From assembly GCA_035193785.1 (NCBI GenBank), contig CP136572.1:864001-928000 (forward strand): a stretch of DNA of 64,000 nucleotides, in the 5' to 3' direction. The notes beneath the pieces are model-generated. The model searched no databases. It had not been told where the DNA came from and saw only the letters and a program-made list of their open reading frames with translations. Numbering within the stretch: the stretch's first letter is position 1; the number at the start of each line of letters is the position of its first letter. The position numbers and the translations under genes were made by a program. Shown here piece by piece: positions 35,864 to 47,829 of this stretch. Source of the stretch: Planktothrix sp. GU0601_MAG3. GTDB taxonomy: Bacteria; Cyanobacteriota; Cyanobacteriia; Cyanobacteriales; Microcoleaceae.

Positions 35864-38800
35864 ATGTCTATTAAAGTCAATCTTAACCACCAGATTTCCT
35901 ATCAGTTTGAACGTCCGGTTATTCTTGGCCCCCAGACCATCGGATTGCGTCCCGCTCCCCATTGTCAGACACCAATATTAAGTTATTCTCTAAATATTTC
36001 CCCCTCCGAATATCAACTGACCTGGTTACAGGATCATTATGGCAATTTTTGGGCTAAGGTTAACTTTCCCCAAACCACCGATTATTTTAAAATTGAAGTA
36101 GATTTAATTGTCCAAATTCAACCGATTAATCCCTTTAATTTTTTAATTGAAAGCCACGCTACCAACTATCCTTTTGAATATGAACCGCGTCTAGTAAAAG
36201 AACTCAGTCCATTTTTAGAAATTACAGAATCGGGAGAATTACTAAAAAATTGGGTAGAACTTCATCGTCAACAGGATGTTTATACCTCTAATTTTTTACT
36301 CGATTTAAGCCAAAAACTATCCCAAGATATCCAATATCAAATTAGGTTAGAACCCGGTATCCAAACCTGTGAAGAAACCCTGAATAAAAAAATCGGTTCC
36401 TGTCGAGATACGGGATGGTTATTAGTTCAAATTTTACGCCATTATGGATTAGCGGCTCGATTTGTTTCTGGATATTTAATCCAACTTAGTAATGATATTC
36501 CGCCCTTAGATGGGTTGCCAGGGCCAGTTTATGATAATGCTGATTTACACGCCTGGGCTGAGGTTTATATTCCGGGTGCAGGTTGGATAGGACTTGACCC
36601 CACCTCGGGTTTAATTATCGCAGAAGGTCATATTCCTTTAGTTTGCGTGGCTGACCCCCAGGATGCCGGGCCAGTCCAGGGAACTTTTGAACCCTGCGAG
36701 TCAAAACTAGACTTTTCGATAACGGTTTCTCGCTATCACGAAATCCCTAGAGTTACTAAACCTTATACGAAAGAACAATGGCAAAAAATTAATAATTTAG
36801 GCGAAATAGTTGAAGACAAATTACAAGGTTTAAATGTGGGTTTAACCATGGGAGGAGAACCAACATTTGTTTCGATTGATGATTTTGAATCTCCCCAATG
36901 GCGGATTGCAGCATTAGGAGAAGAAAAACGCAAAATTGCTGAACAACTACTCACCCGTTTAGAGGATAAATTTGCTCAAAAAGGTGGGTTAATTCATTAT
37001 GGATTAGGAAAATCCTATCCCGGTGAAGCCTCGCCCCGTTGGGCTTTAGGGTGTTATTGGAGAACAGATGGAATCCCTTTATGGCATAACCGAGAACTCT
37101 ATGCCCAGGGGGATAAAGATTATAATTATACCTCAAAAAATGCCCAGATTTTTATTGAATCCTTAGTGAGAAATTTAGGAGTTAAATCTGATTGTATTAT
37201 TTCAGTTTACGAACCAAATTCTAATATTATAGCTGGATATACATTACCAATTTTAGCAGTTAAAAAAGCAGAAAATATCCATTGGATTAGCTGTCAATGG
37301 CAACTTTCCACCCCCAACAAAATAGAGCTTTTAACAGGTAATTTACCTATAGGATTTCGTCTACCTTTAAGTTCTTTAAATTGGCAAGATAATCAACTTC
37401 AACATGAAGCAATTATTCCCTTAACTCATCCGCCAATTATTCCTAATTTTGAACCCTTAGAATCTCCAATTAATTCGATTCGAGTGGCTTTAAGTGTGGA
37501 AGTTAGACAGGGAAAAATTCACGTTTTCTTACCTCCTATTTCCTCCCCTCGGAGTTTTGTAGATTTAATTACGGCCATTGAAAATACCACCGCCCAACTT
37601 AAATATTCAGTCCTAATAGAAGGATATACACCCCCGGCTAATACCGGAATTATCGGGTTTCAAATTACTCCAGACCCGGGAGTTATTGAGGTTAATATTC
37701 ATCCCGCCTCTAACTGGCAAGAATTAGTAGAAATTACCACTATTTTATATGAAGAAGCCAGATTATCCCGTTTAGGAACGGAAAAATATCTATTAGATGG
37801 ACGACGAATTCCCACCGGGGGAGGTGCCCATGTTACGATAGGCGGAAAAACCGTTTATGATAGTCCGTTATTGCGTCGTCCCGATTTATTAAAAAGTTTA
37901 ATTACCTATTGGCAAAATCACCCCAGTTTATCCTTTTTATTCTGTGATTTATTTGTGGGGCCAACCAGTCAAGCTCCCCGGGTAGATGAAGCTAGACATG
38001 AAAGTTTATATGAGTTAGAAATTGCCTTTCAACAGTTACAACCCGAGGCTAATATCCCACCTGAATTAGTAGATAGATTATTAAGAAATTTATTAGTTGA
38101 TATTACCGGAAATACCCATCGTTCAGCTTTTTGTATTGATAAGTTGTATCCAATTGAGAACCCCAAAAATCAATTGGGGCTACTAGAATTTCGGGCTTTT
38201 GCCATGCCTCCCCATCCCCAGATGAACCTATTACAAATGTTATTAATTCGGGCATTAGTAGCCTGGTTTTGGGAAAAACCCTACAACCATTCGTTAATTC
38301 GTTGGGGAACTAATTTACATGATCGGTTTATGTTACCCCATTATTTAGGAGAGGATTTAAAAACAATTATTCGGGACTTAAAAACCGTTGGTTATGAATT
38401 TCAATTTGATTGGTTTGCTCCTTTTATTGAATTTCGGTTTCCCCGTTATGGAGAAATTACAAAAGAGGGGGTAGAATTAGAACTACGTCATGGAATTGAA
38501 CCTTGGCACGTTTTAGGAGAAGAAACGGTGTCAGGAGGCACAGCGCGTTATGTAGATTCCTCCATGGAAAGGGTGCAAATTCTATTAAGAAATGCCCTGG
38601 GAAATTCTGCCAATATTGATAGTTATTCGGCTCGATATATTGTTACCTGTCAGGGTCGTCCTATTCCTTTAAAATCCACTGGCAATCCAGGAGAATATGT
38701 TGGTGCGGTTAGGTTTCGGGCGCGACGGTATACCTCTTTATTACATCCCTCTATTGATCCCCATGATCCTTTAATTTTTGATATTATTGATACTTGGTCA

Positions 38801-39029
38801 GACCGATCTATCGGGGGTTGTACTTATTTTGTCAGTCCGCCCAACGGCAAAATCTATCAACAATTTCCGATTAATTATCGAGAAGCAGAAGGTCGAGTGT
38901 TAGAAACGATTTGTCGCCATGGGTCACACATCTGGATTAATCAAACTTCCACCTTTACACTTAAATCCCGAATATCCTTTAACCTTAGATTTACGCCAAA
39001 TTCCCTATCCAACTAACCCACATAGTTAA
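35864..39029 (+). CDS. Transglutaminase-like domain fused to DUF2126 (putative amidoligase); frameshift near 38903
   Basis: GSCRD, ARFVSGY, LHAWAEVYIPGAGWIGLDPT; LTMGGEPTFVS, TPDPGVIEVN; corrected end ...EYPLTLDLR. Confidence 0.9.
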
Positions 39030-39300
39030 AATAACTCCCCGATAAGCGTAGGTTTTTCACGCCTGAGACAACGCCAATTAACTCATCCTGAGCATCTTTG
39101 GTGTGTCGGAAAATGTCTGTGTCCGAAGCATGGAAAGGAGATACTCCTAAAACATAATCATTAGAATTGCCAAACAATTGAATCGTGTCCTGATGTTTAT
39201 GAAAATCTTTAATCAGTGCATAATCCTTGACTACAGGGGACAATAAATCCCCATCATCGTAATACACCTGATTTTTGCCCAGGATGAAAGAATCTTTCCG
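39013..39300 (-). pseudogene. C-terminal fragment of an RTX-like Ca-binding protein
   Basis: KDSFILGKNQVYYDDGD...DYALIKDF...DTIQLFG; no N-terminal part; upstream is a TATAGCGCTACGCAC/GGGAACAC repeat-like sequence. Confidence 0.55.
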
Positions 39301-39456
39301 GTGTTCCCTAGTGCGTAGCGCTATATCAGTCTGAAGGAAGATTCTTTTTTCTGTGTTTGCTATTAATATTTGTACAGATAACTAAGCCAACTGCAAAGAA
39401 TCATTATAGTTCAATTCAGTTTATTTAGCTGTAATCAAGCCAATACGGAGCATATC

Positions 39457-39639
39457 ATGAGTTTAGAAAATCGCGTTAAAGCAACCGCAAAAAATATTGA
39501 AGGTAAAATTCAAGAAGCCGTGGGAGATGTGACTGGAGATCCCCAAACTCAAGCAGAAGGAAAAGCCAAGCAAGCCGAAGCACAAGTCCGTCATAGCGTT
39601 GAAGATGTCAAGGATAAAGCCAAAGATATCATTGACTAA
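39457..39639 (+). CDS. CsbD-like stress protein
   Basis: KNIEGKIQEAVGDVTGD...EGKAKQ. Confidence 0.9.
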   Translation: MSLENRVKATAKNIEGKIQEAVGDVTGDPQTQAEGKAKQAEAQVRHSVEDVKDKAKDIID

Positions 39640-39844
39640 TTAGTGATCAGTTATCGGTCATCAGTTACCAGTTATCAGTGAAGAAGTTATCAGTCTGTTA
39701 AATATTACACTGACTACAGATTACTGAATTGAATATTTCAATGCCAATATTTTAAGGGCAATTATAGTATTATTATTTGTGAGACTGGCTCGGTTTATCC
39801 CTAGTCAGATTTTTCTATATTATGAAATATAAAATTTAAAATCA

Positions 39845-40460
39845 ATGGAAGATCCCCAAAAGACTCGTGTTATTCCCGTGGGAATTATGGCAGGAATTGC
39901 CGCCTGCTTAATTGCTGTGGGCGCGGGGTTAAGCTGGTGGACATTAAGCTCCCGTTCTCCTAAAGAACCCGTTGTTTCCTCCCCAACCCCCACCTTACCA
40001 CTGCCCAACCCCTCCCCATCGGCAACCGTTGAGAAAACCCTAGGAATTTATTGGGTAGAGGATAAAAACGGTCAGTTTGCGATTATTTCCCAACCCGTAC
40101 AAATTCAGGCCCAAAATGACCAAACGGTATTTTTAAGTATTGCCTTGGATAGATTATTAGCCGGGGTTTCCGCCCCGAAACCAATTTAGTGAAATTCCTA
40201 AAGGAACAAAACTTCTCAACTTAACCACCAACAACGATAACGTTTATGTGGACTTATCCCCGGAATTCACCCAGGGCGGGGGGAGTGCATCCATGACCGG
40301 ACGCTTAGGGCAAATCGTTTATACTTCCACGACCCTTAACCCCAATAGCAAAGTTTGGCTGTCCGTTGGAGGGAAACCTTTAACGGTATTGGGGGGAGAA
40401 GGCCTAGAAGTTCCGCAACCGATCACCCGTTCAACCTTTGATCGGGAATTTCAGTTTTAA
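39845..40460 (+). CDS. GerMN-domain membrane protein; frameshift near 40166-40181
   Basis: TM helix, ALDRLLAG, SEIPKGTKLL, DLSPEFTQGGGSASMTGRLGQIVYT. Confidence 0.85.
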
Positions 40461-40528
40461 GGAGACTGGAGAACACCTGGGTTGATTTTTGATCTCGGTG
40501 GCTATGGCTGGCCATGGGATTTGGTAAT

Positions 40529-41068
40529 TTAATCCGGTTTGATTTTAATTAATGGCTGGCCATATTCAACGGAGGAACCATTCTGAATTAAAATTTCCAT
40601 TACTTGGCCAGAAAATTCGGCCTCAATTTCATTCATCAACTTCATGGCTTCAATAATGCAAACGCTCTGACCCGTAGAAATGCGATCGCCAATTTCCACA
40701 AACGGCGGTTCATCCGGCGCAGGAGAACGATAGAAAGTTCCCACCATCGGGGAAGTGATTTCGACCCACTTTGACTCCGCCGAAAGGGGTGGATGAGTAG
40801 CCACCGAGGGCGTTGCTGGGGTAGCTGTAGTGAGAGCTTCCCCCACCGGAGGGGTGACCGCAGTAGGTATCACCGGAGACGACACCAACTGTGAACTAAC
40901 CCCCGCACCTGTTGACAGCGTTTCAACCGGGGGCAAAGCCTGAGATCCGGGTGAATTTTCTTTCCGAACGGTCAGTTCAAAATCTGCGCTTTTGAGCGTT
41001 AGCTCTGAAATGTTGGTTTTATCGAGATCAGCCAGCAGTTCACGAAGCTGGTTCAAATCTAGTTGCAC
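40529..41068 (-). CDS. accB: Acetyl-CoA carboxylase biotin carboxyl carrier protein
   Basis: SPMVGTFYRSP, EAMKLMNEIE. Confidence 0.97.
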   Translation of the reverse strand: MQLDLNQLRELLADLDKTNISELTLKSADFELTVRKENSPGSQALPPVETLSTGAGVSSQLVSSPVIPTAVTPPVGEALTTATPATPSVATHPPLSAESKWVEITSPMVGTFYRSPAPDEPPFVEIGDRISTGQSVCIIEAMKLMNEIEAEFSGQVMEILIQNGSSVEYGQPLIKIKPD

Positions 41069-41186
41069 AGTTGGTATGTCTCCCCTAAATTTGCAGTCTA
41101 TTTTGATTCAGTCCGTTGGGTATGTGTTTGACCCATCGCCCAACAGTCCAAACCGCTTAAATACGAAATCATAGTTCGGCGAGTTT

Positions 41187-41745
41187 TCACTCTCGACCTT
41201 GGTAGCTATCGGTGCGGGTATCAATCCGAATCCGTTCCCCCTTAGTAATAAATAGGGGAACCATCACTTGAGCACCTGTTTCCACAATAGCGGGTTTTGT
41301 ACCCCCCGTGGCGGTATCTCCTTTGACTCCGGGATCGGTTTCCACCACTGCTAAGGTGACGGAGTTCGGGAGTTCTACTTCCAGAAACCTGCTCTCCCCA
41401 ACGAACCACGTTAACGGTCATACCATCTTTAAGATATTTAACCCGATCGCCAATTTCAGATTCCTTCAAACGGGCTTCTTCATAGGTTTCCATATCCATG
41501 AAAACGAAGTCTTCCCCATCTTTGTAGGTATGTTGCATTTCACTTTTTTCCAGGGTCGCTTGAGGAACAGTCTCTCCCGCCCTGAAAGTGCGCTCTACCA
41601 CACTGCCCGTCTGTGAGTTTTTGAGCTTTGTCCGCACAAAAGCAGAACCTTTTCCGGGCTTAACGTGCAGAAATTCTATTACACGCCAGACTGAACCATC
41701 TAATACAATCGTGACACCTGTGCGAAAGTCGTTACTGGAAATCAT
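41187..41745 (-). CDS. efp: Elongation factor P; frameshift near 41384
   Basis: [14 protein letters not shown]; corrected [13 protein letters not shown]...RIDTR...GRE*. Confidence 0.97.
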
Positions 41746-41877
41746 GCAAGCTAATACCTGGGCAGAATAATCGGCATCCTATTTTACCCCGGAATGGTGA
41801 ACAGAGGATTAATTTTTTTCCCGTGCCAACGGCCTAAATAGTGGCAAGATCAGTATAGAGAACAAAAGTTAAGATTT

Positions 41878-43011
41878 ATGTTGCATTTGTCCAATTCCAT
41901 GAGAAACACCTATAAACATTGGTTGAGAACGGGTTTAGTGGCTGTGCTGCTATTTACCCTATCGGTGGGTCTGAGTGCCGCCTGGTGGGAGGGTGACAGT
42001 TCCCCAAAACGGGAAAGTATCCTACCCCAAGGAAACGCTATCACCGACGGTCAAGCCCTATTACGCTATGCTCTGCCCATTGATAACGAAGCGGCGAGAA
42101 AAATTCAAGCGAGTTTAGAAGGCATTAAGTCCCAACTGCGGGGAAAACGCTGGAGTAATATTAATGGCAATATCACCACCGCTTCTCGGATTTTAGCCAC
42201 CAAAGAGGCGGAATTATTGGCCAATATTCCCGAAGAACACCAGCCCCAAGCCCAGGGTTTAGTTGAACAAATTAAACAGGATATTGATAGTTTGCGGGCG
42301 GCGGTGGAAGTCAAAGATCCGCAAACCCTGTTATTAACCCAGGGTAAAATATTAGATAACATTGGCACGTTAGAAGAATTAATGGTTAAGGAATTTCCCT
42401 TTGAGGTTCCAGCAGAATATTCTAATTTGCCTCAATTAAAAGGTCGGGCTACCATTGAAATCAAAACTAATAAGGGCGATTTAACAGTGGTGGTGGATGG
42501 TTATAGCGCCCCGGTGACGGCGGGTAATTTTGTCGATTTGGTGCAACGGGGATTTTATGATGGCTTAAAATTCATTCGTTCAGAAGAATCCTATGCCCTA
42601 CAAGTCGGAGATCCTGAAGGCGCGGACGATGGTTTTATTGATCCTAAAACTGGAAAATATCGGGGTATTCCCTTAGAAATTTTAGCCCAGGGGGATCAGG
42701 AACCTATTTATAACACCACCTTTGAAGAAATTGGTCGTTATCAAGATCATCCGGTCTTACCCTTTTCTGCCTTTGGAACTTTAGCCTTAGCCCGTCCAGA
42801 AGCCATTCCTGATGGTGGTTCTTCTCAAGTTTTCTTCTTCCTATTTGAACCGGAATTAACTCCGGCTGGACTTAATTTATTAGATGGTCGTTATGCCGTC
42901 TTTGGCTATGTCACCCAAGGAAAAGAAGTGTTAGAAGAACTTAGAAAAGGAGATGTGATTGAATCGGCAAAAGTGATTCGAGGGGCTGAAAATCTTGTGC
43001 AACCCTCTTAA
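41878..43011 (+). CDS. Cyclophilin-type peptidyl-prolyl isomerase (TLP40/CYP38-like)
   Basis: LLRYALPI, DGYSAPVTAGNFVDL, SSQVFFF, LDGRYAVFGYV. Confidence 0.9.
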   Translation: MLHLSNSMRNTYKHWLRTGLVAVLLFTLSVGLSAAWWEGDSSPKRESILPQGNAITDGQALLRYALPIDNEAARKIQASLEGIKSQLRGKRWSNINGNITTASRILATKEAELLANIPEEHQPQAQGLVEQIKQDIDSLRAAVEVKDPQTLLLTQGKILDNIGTLEELMVKEFPFEVPAEYSNLPQLKGRATIEIKTNKGDLTVVVDGYSAPVTAGNFVDLVQRGFYDGLKFIRSEESYALQVGDPEGADDGFIDPKTGKYRGIPLEILAQGDQEPIYNTTFEEIGRYQDHPVLPFSAFGTLALARPEAIPDGGSSQVFFFLFEPELTPAGLNLLDGRYAVFGYVTQGKEVLEELRKGDVIESAKVIRGAENLVQPS

Positions 43012-43098
43012 TTTAGGGTAAATTATTAACAATTAACAGAACCCATAAACTGTTAATTGTTAATCTCGTCTTTTGTTTAATTTATCTATATATTAATT

Positions 43099-43414
43099 AT
43101 GGCCATCCTAGAGTTAATTTCCGTTGCTGGTTTGGGTGTATTAGTAACTTTATTGATTGTTAATTTAGGAAATAGTCGAGAACAACAACGTCAATTAGAT
43201 TCGGCATTTTATCGATTAGTTGCAGCCCAAGGAGGTAAGGTATCCCTAATTCAACTATCAGCTTTAGCCGGAGTTAGCCCCGAATTCGCCCAAAAATATT
43301 TAGATCATCAAGTTCAAGTTTTTGCCGCATTCCCCGAAATTGATGACGAAGGAAACACCTTTTATCAGTTTCCCTAAATTACGTTTACCCCCTCGTTTGG
43401 AACGGGAATGGTAG
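43099..43414 (+). CDS. Hypothetical membrane-anchored protein; frameshift near 43368
   Basis: N-terminal TM helix; corrected end [16 protein letters not shown]. Confidence 0.7.
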
Positions 43415-43670
43415 GGGGCAGGGGGAGCAGGGGGAGTAGGGGGAGTAGGGGGAGTAGGGGGAGTAGGGGGAGCAGGGGGAGCAGGGGAGGCAGGGGAGGC
43501 AGGGGGAGTAGGGGGAGTAGGGGGAGTAGGGGGAGCAGGGAGGCAGGGGGAGCAGGGGAGCAGGGGAGGCAGGGGAGGTAAACTCTTGTTATTACCCATT
43601 ACCCATTACCCATTCGTAATTCGTAATTCGTAATTCGTAATTACCCATTACCTATTCGTAATTCCTAATT
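43412..43670. repeat. G-rich 8-9-bp tandem repeats (GGGGGAGYA) then heptamer repeats (ATTACCC, ATTCGTA)
   Basis: Directly visible. Confidence 0.9.
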
Positions 43671-44113
43671 GCATTATTTAACATTTGATCATCATTTTCC
43701 AGGGTTTCTTTAAAAATACTGTGATCAAACTGATGATGTTACAATTTTAATCAAGATTTTTAGATAAAGCTCTCTCATCCTTGACCATTATACCCTTTAT
43801 ACCCTTTACGAACGGGTATATTTTAATTATAAGTATTGATTTTGATCCCGGTGTGAGTGAAATCACTGAAAGTGTATAGAGAATTGTGATAGAAGTCAAT
43901 CAAATCTTGGTAATTTCTGAATATTTCTGAGGTTTTATGAGGTTTTAATGAGAGAATTTAGGATAAAGTATCAACTTAGCCCGGGAGGATTTTATCGGTC
44001 GGTAAAAATTTGGCAAAACTAATGAGCTTTTCTGGTTTTCATTCGGTTCAAATTGAATCAAAATATAAGTAAATCCATTCTGATCCCCTGTATCCTTAAC
44101 TCCAACCCTCTAT

Positions 44114-45001
44114 ATGTGCCACCTAACTCAAACTCTGATCATTGGCTGTATTTATCGTTTATACACGGGTTACCATCAAATTTACGGTCAGCAACAACTT
44201 GGTTATGCTGACTTGATGGTCGAGGTGGCTAATTTTGCTTTGGATCGAATTTCAAAAAGTAATGCACCATACCACAATGTTGAACATACAATTTTAGTAG
44301 CTTTAACTGGACAAGCAATTTTGCGAGGAAAATATCTCAGCGAAAAAAATGTTTCTCCCCAAGAATGGCTACAGACAATTATTGCTTTACTCTGCCATGA
44401 TATTGGCTATGTTAAAGGCATTTGTCGTCAAGATAGAATCGAAGACAGAATCTATGCTACGGGAAAAAATGGCGCAGCAATTCAACTTCTACCGGAAACA
44501 ACCGATGCCAGTTTAACTCCTTATCATGTTGATCGAGGAAAACAGTTTATCCAAGAATATTTTGAGCATAATCCCTTAGTTGATATTAACACAATTCAAC
44601 ACTATGTTGAGTTAACTCGTTTTCCTGTTCCTAATGATGAAGAACATCGAGATACCAGCGATTATCCTGGTTTAATTCGGGCGGCGGATTTAATTGGTCA
44701 GTTAGCTGACCCAAAGTATCTTCATAAAATGCCCGATTTATTTCAAGAATTTGAAGAAACCGGATCAAATCGACAGTTTGGCTATCACCATCCCGATCAT
44801 ATTAGACAGGCTTATCCCAATTTCTTTAAAAATGTTATAACCCAATATATTCAAACCGGGTTGCATTATTTAACCTTTACTATCGAGGGAAATGAAATGA
44901 TCAATCACCTGTATCAAAATGTTGAATTTGCCAAAAGTTATCCCGAAGATAAACTGATTAACTATTGCCCTATTCCCCATCAAAATTCTTCAATTGTTTA
45001 A
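44114..45001 (+). CDS. HD-domain metal-dependent phosphohydrolase
   Basis: YHNVEHT, LLCHDIGY, YHVDRG, AADLIGQLADP. Confidence 0.85.
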   Translation: MCHLTQTLIIGCIYRLYTGYHQIYGQQQLGYADLMVEVANFALDRISKSNAPYHNVEHTILVALTGQAILRGKYLSEKNVSPQEWLQTIIALLCHDIGYVKGICRQDRIEDRIYATGKNGAAIQLLPETTDASLTPYHVDRGKQFIQEYFEHNPLVDINTIQHYVELTRFPVPNDEEHRDTSDYPGLIRAADLIGQLADPKYLHKMPDLFQEFEETGSNRQFGYHHPDHIRQAYPNFFKNVITQYIQTGLHYLTFTIEGNEMINHLYQNVEFAKSYPEDKLINYCPIPHQNSSIV

Positions 45002-45083
45002 AGTAGATATTACACTGTAAATAGACTACTAAACCCTATCAATCTATCAGCTATTCAATAGAATCCATCGACTCGGAAAATCT

Positions 45084-45407
45084 ATGTTAAAATCATCTAT
45101 AGCATTGCGTATAGGATTGGGGACGGGATTATTTTTTACCCTCTGTTTTCTCGCTGTGGGAGATTCTTTAGTGACCAGTTTAGAGTTAGGAATTATATCG
45201 GGATGGTCTGTAGGCTGTTTGGTCAAATGGTGGCAAATGGATCAAAAATCAGAATCAACGGAGACTTTTGAAATTGAAGATATTACCGATAATCTTTCCG
45301 ATATTCTAACCAAATCCAAGCTATTACCACGCCAATCTACATCAAATCCCCGTCCCACCCAGGCTACAACCCTTTTGGGTTGGATTTTTAAACGGAATAA
45401 AAATTAA
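45084..45407 (+). CDS. Hypothetical membrane protein
   Basis: Two hydrophobic segments; 107-aa ORF. Confidence 0.6.
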   Translation: MLKSSIALRIGLGTGLFFTLCFLAVGDSLVTSLELGIISGWSVGCLVKWWQMDQKSESTETFEIEDITDNLSDILTKSKLLPRQSTSNPRPTQATTLLGWIFKRNKN

Positions 45408-45450
45408 TACAGTCAATAAAGATGCAGAATATTTAATATAAAAATCTACA

Positions 45451-46245
45451 ATGTTTCTATTTTTATCTAAACTTTTACCTTTATTTATTTACCCCTTGGG
45501 GTTGAGTTGCTTATTAATGTTTGTGGCTCTATTTACCCTGTGGAAATATCCCCGATGGACAGGAGCCGTGATCGGTTGTGCCCTGGTAATTTTATTATTA
45601 GGAAGTAGTCGAGGAGTTGCTCAATTATTAGTCGGATATCTTGAATCCCAAAATGTTCCTAAAACCGAACTTCCTAATGCCGCGGCGATTGTTGTTTTAG
45701 GCGGTGGGACTAAACCAGCCTTACCCCCGCGTCCTTGGGTAGATGTCTCGGAAGCGGGCGATCGCATTTTATATGGAGCCCTATTACATCGTCAGAAAAA
45801 AGCCCCTTGGTTAATTTTAAGTGGGGGGAGAATTAATTGGCAAGGAGGGGGCGATCCCGAATCTCAAGATATGGCTAAAATTGCTGAATCTATGGGTGTT
45901 TCCCCCTCGGCAATTTTACAAGATCCAACTTCATTAAATACCTATGAAAATGCGGTGAATGTGGGAAATATTTTAAAAGAAAATAATATTCAAGGGCCGA
46001 TTTTATTGGTAACTTCTGCTTTACATACTCCCCGATCGCTATTGATTTTTAAACGTCTAGGAATGGAAGTAATTCCAGCACCCACGGATTTTTTAATGAT
46101 TCCTTCTGAAATTAATCAGGCTCAAAAAACTTGGCAAGGTGTCCTACTCGGTTGGATACCCGATACTCTATCTTTGCATCAAACAACTCAAGCCTTAAAA
46201 GAATATATTGGGTTAGGAGTTTATCGGTTACGGGGTTGGTTGTAG
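45451..46245 (+). CDS. YdcF/DUF218 family protein
   Basis: IVVLGGG, LILSGG, SLNTYENA, LVTSALHTPR, KEYIG. Confidence 0.88.
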   Translation: MFLFLSKLLPLFIYPLGLSCLLMFVALFTLWKYPRWTGAVIGCALVILLLGSSRGVAQLLVGYLESQNVPKTELPNAAAIVVLGGGTKPALPPRPWVDVSEAGDRILYGALLHRQKKAPWLILSGGRINWQGGGDPESQDMAKIAESMGVSPSAILQDPTSLNTYENAVNVGNILKENNIQGPILLVTSALHTPRSLLIFKRLGMEVIPAPTDFLMIPSEINQAQKTWQGVLLGWIPDTLSLHQTTQALKEYIGLGVYRLRGWL

Positions 46246-46379
46246 GGAATTACGAATTACGAATTACGAATTACGAATAGGGAATGGGTAATAAATCAAT
46301 TCTTACACTGATGACTGATTCCTGATGACTGATTCCTGTGTTAAGGTGAAAGCATTCCTTAATTGAGGATTGTGTGATC

Positions 46380-46605
46380 ATGCCGTTTGAATGGGAACAG
46401 ACAGTTAAACAACCCGGTCAAGCTGTGGTGGAAGCTCTGCAAGTCCATCAACTAACTCGAGAGTTTCACCAAGAAATTGAATATCGGGATGAATTTGCAC
46501 AATATTGTTCCTGGTATTATCAAACCGCCGCACGCCACCGTCAAGAAACTGGAAACAATGCGAAGGGACATTAATATTCTCGGTTGGTTTTTGGGCAGAA
46601 AATAG
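46380..46605 (+). CDS. Small hypothetical protein; frameshift near 46545
   Basis: FHQEIEYRDEFAQYCSWYY; corrected QELETMRRDINILGWF; followed by hairpin GGAGACTGGGAGAA...TTCTCCCGTCTCC. Confidence 0.7.
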
Positions 46606-46657
46606 GAGACTGGGAGAAATTATTGATCAAAATTCTCCCGTCTCCCATATTCTCAAA

Positions 46658-46882
46658 CTATTGTATCAATTCTAACTCATCTTCTCGGAAATGGGCCTTG
46701 AATTTGTTGCCAAAATCCACAACAATAGGCAAATTCGGGCTAAGGGGTCTTCCCCGCCAATCGGTAATCACAGACACAACATCCCCTTCCAATCCCTTAG
46801 TATCAAATTCCTGATTCCGATGTTCAGGATGAACATAAACGACAACAGATGTTTTAACAGAAACGCGATCGCCAGCCTTCAT
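46658..46882 (-). CDS. ftrV: Ferredoxin-thioredoxin reductase variable chain
   Basis: MKAGDRVSVKTSVVVYVHP...WRGRPLSPNLP...FKAHFREDEL. Confidence 0.9.
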   Translation of the reverse strand: MKAGDRVSVKTSVVVYVHPEHRNQEFDTKGLEGDVVSVITDWRGRPLSPNLPIVVDFGNKFKAHFREDELELIQ

Positions 46883-47072
46883 AAATTTTAACCTAGTATT
46901 TCTTCTCTAACTCCCCGGTAATAGCACCTGTAAGTGTCACTGGCACTCTTATCAGACAGTCTTTCCATATTTGCACAAAATCGCCACAAAACTTGCAGTA
47001 GCACAGAAAAATTTTGTTCTGGATTTAGCCGGAGAATCTGATCTTGACCATGAAGAAGAAGAAACACGCCCC

Positions 47073-47354
47073 TCAAATCCAATCTTCTTGATCATTTTTT
47101 TTGCCTCGATAAATTTGACCTGTGGTGTGAATTTGGCGAGTTTTTTCAAATAAAGTTTCGTCGGTATATCCCCAGGTTTGTAAGATTGTTTCCAGATCGC
47201 TTTGAATATCCTTTGCACCCGGAAAACCTCGATAGCGAATTTTTAAACGGGCTAATTCCACCAGATTATAGTCCGTTGCTTCTTGCTCTAAAAGACTCAG
47301 AACAATCTTTCGATCAGTATTGTATTGAGGATGTTTCTGTTCTTGAGTTGTCAT
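47073..47354 (-). CDS. DUF3288-family protein
   Basis: QKHPQY..DR, ELARLKIRYRGFPGAKDIQ, LFEKTRQIH. Confidence 0.8.
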   Translation of the reverse strand: MTTQEQKHPQYNTDRKIVLSLLEQEATDYNLVELARLKIRYRGFPGAKDIQSDLETILQTWGYTDETLFEKTRQIHTTGQIYRGKKNDQEDWI

Positions 47355-47456
47355 AACTAGCGATCGCTTGCCCGATTCTTGATCACAAAATTTATCACCT
47401 TCATTCTAACACTATTACAGAACTCAAAAGCCATCGAGGGAAAGTTTCTCTTTTTT

Positions 47457-47485
47457 ACCGGATCAATTTGATTCAACTTGTATTA
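47457..47485 (+). promoter_or_regulatory. DIF1-like promoter (ACCGGA-N17-GTATTA) of the patX-like gene
   Basis: One mismatch to TCCGGA; same architecture at 47830. Confidence 0.5.
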
Positions 47486-47516
47486 GAGAATGGACACTCT
47501 AATGCGGACAACTCTT

Positions 47517-47696
47517 ATGCGAATCTACAGCACTATTTTATTATCGACTTTGTTAGTATCTACCCTGACTCGTCATCTTCTTAATCCGATTAACGTTAAT
47601 TTATCTTCAACAAATGAAGTGGTCGCTTTTATCGCAACTCAAACCAGTTCAGAATTTGATACACAAGGCGTTCCTCATCGGGGAAGTGGACGTTAA
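47517..47696 (+). CDS. patX: PatX-like signalling peptide precursor
   Basis: MRIYSTILLSTLLVS signal-like N-terminus; C-terminal PHRGSGR*. Confidence 0.8.
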   Translation: MRIYSTILLSTLLVSTLTRHLLNPINVNLSSTNEVVAFIATQTSSEFDTQGVPHRGSGR

Positions 47697-47829
47697 TGAT
47701 CATAATTAAAAAATCGAGGAGTGAGTTGAGAAACAATAGAATCATATCTATATATTTCTTGGAATTTGAAACTCACTCCATTTTTTTAACATTTGATAAG
47801 GGGATGATCAATCAGGATTTGATTGATGC

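Noticed and set aside
43300..43599. Pro-rich 99-aa ORF
   Set aside because: Antisense reading of the G-rich tandem repeat.
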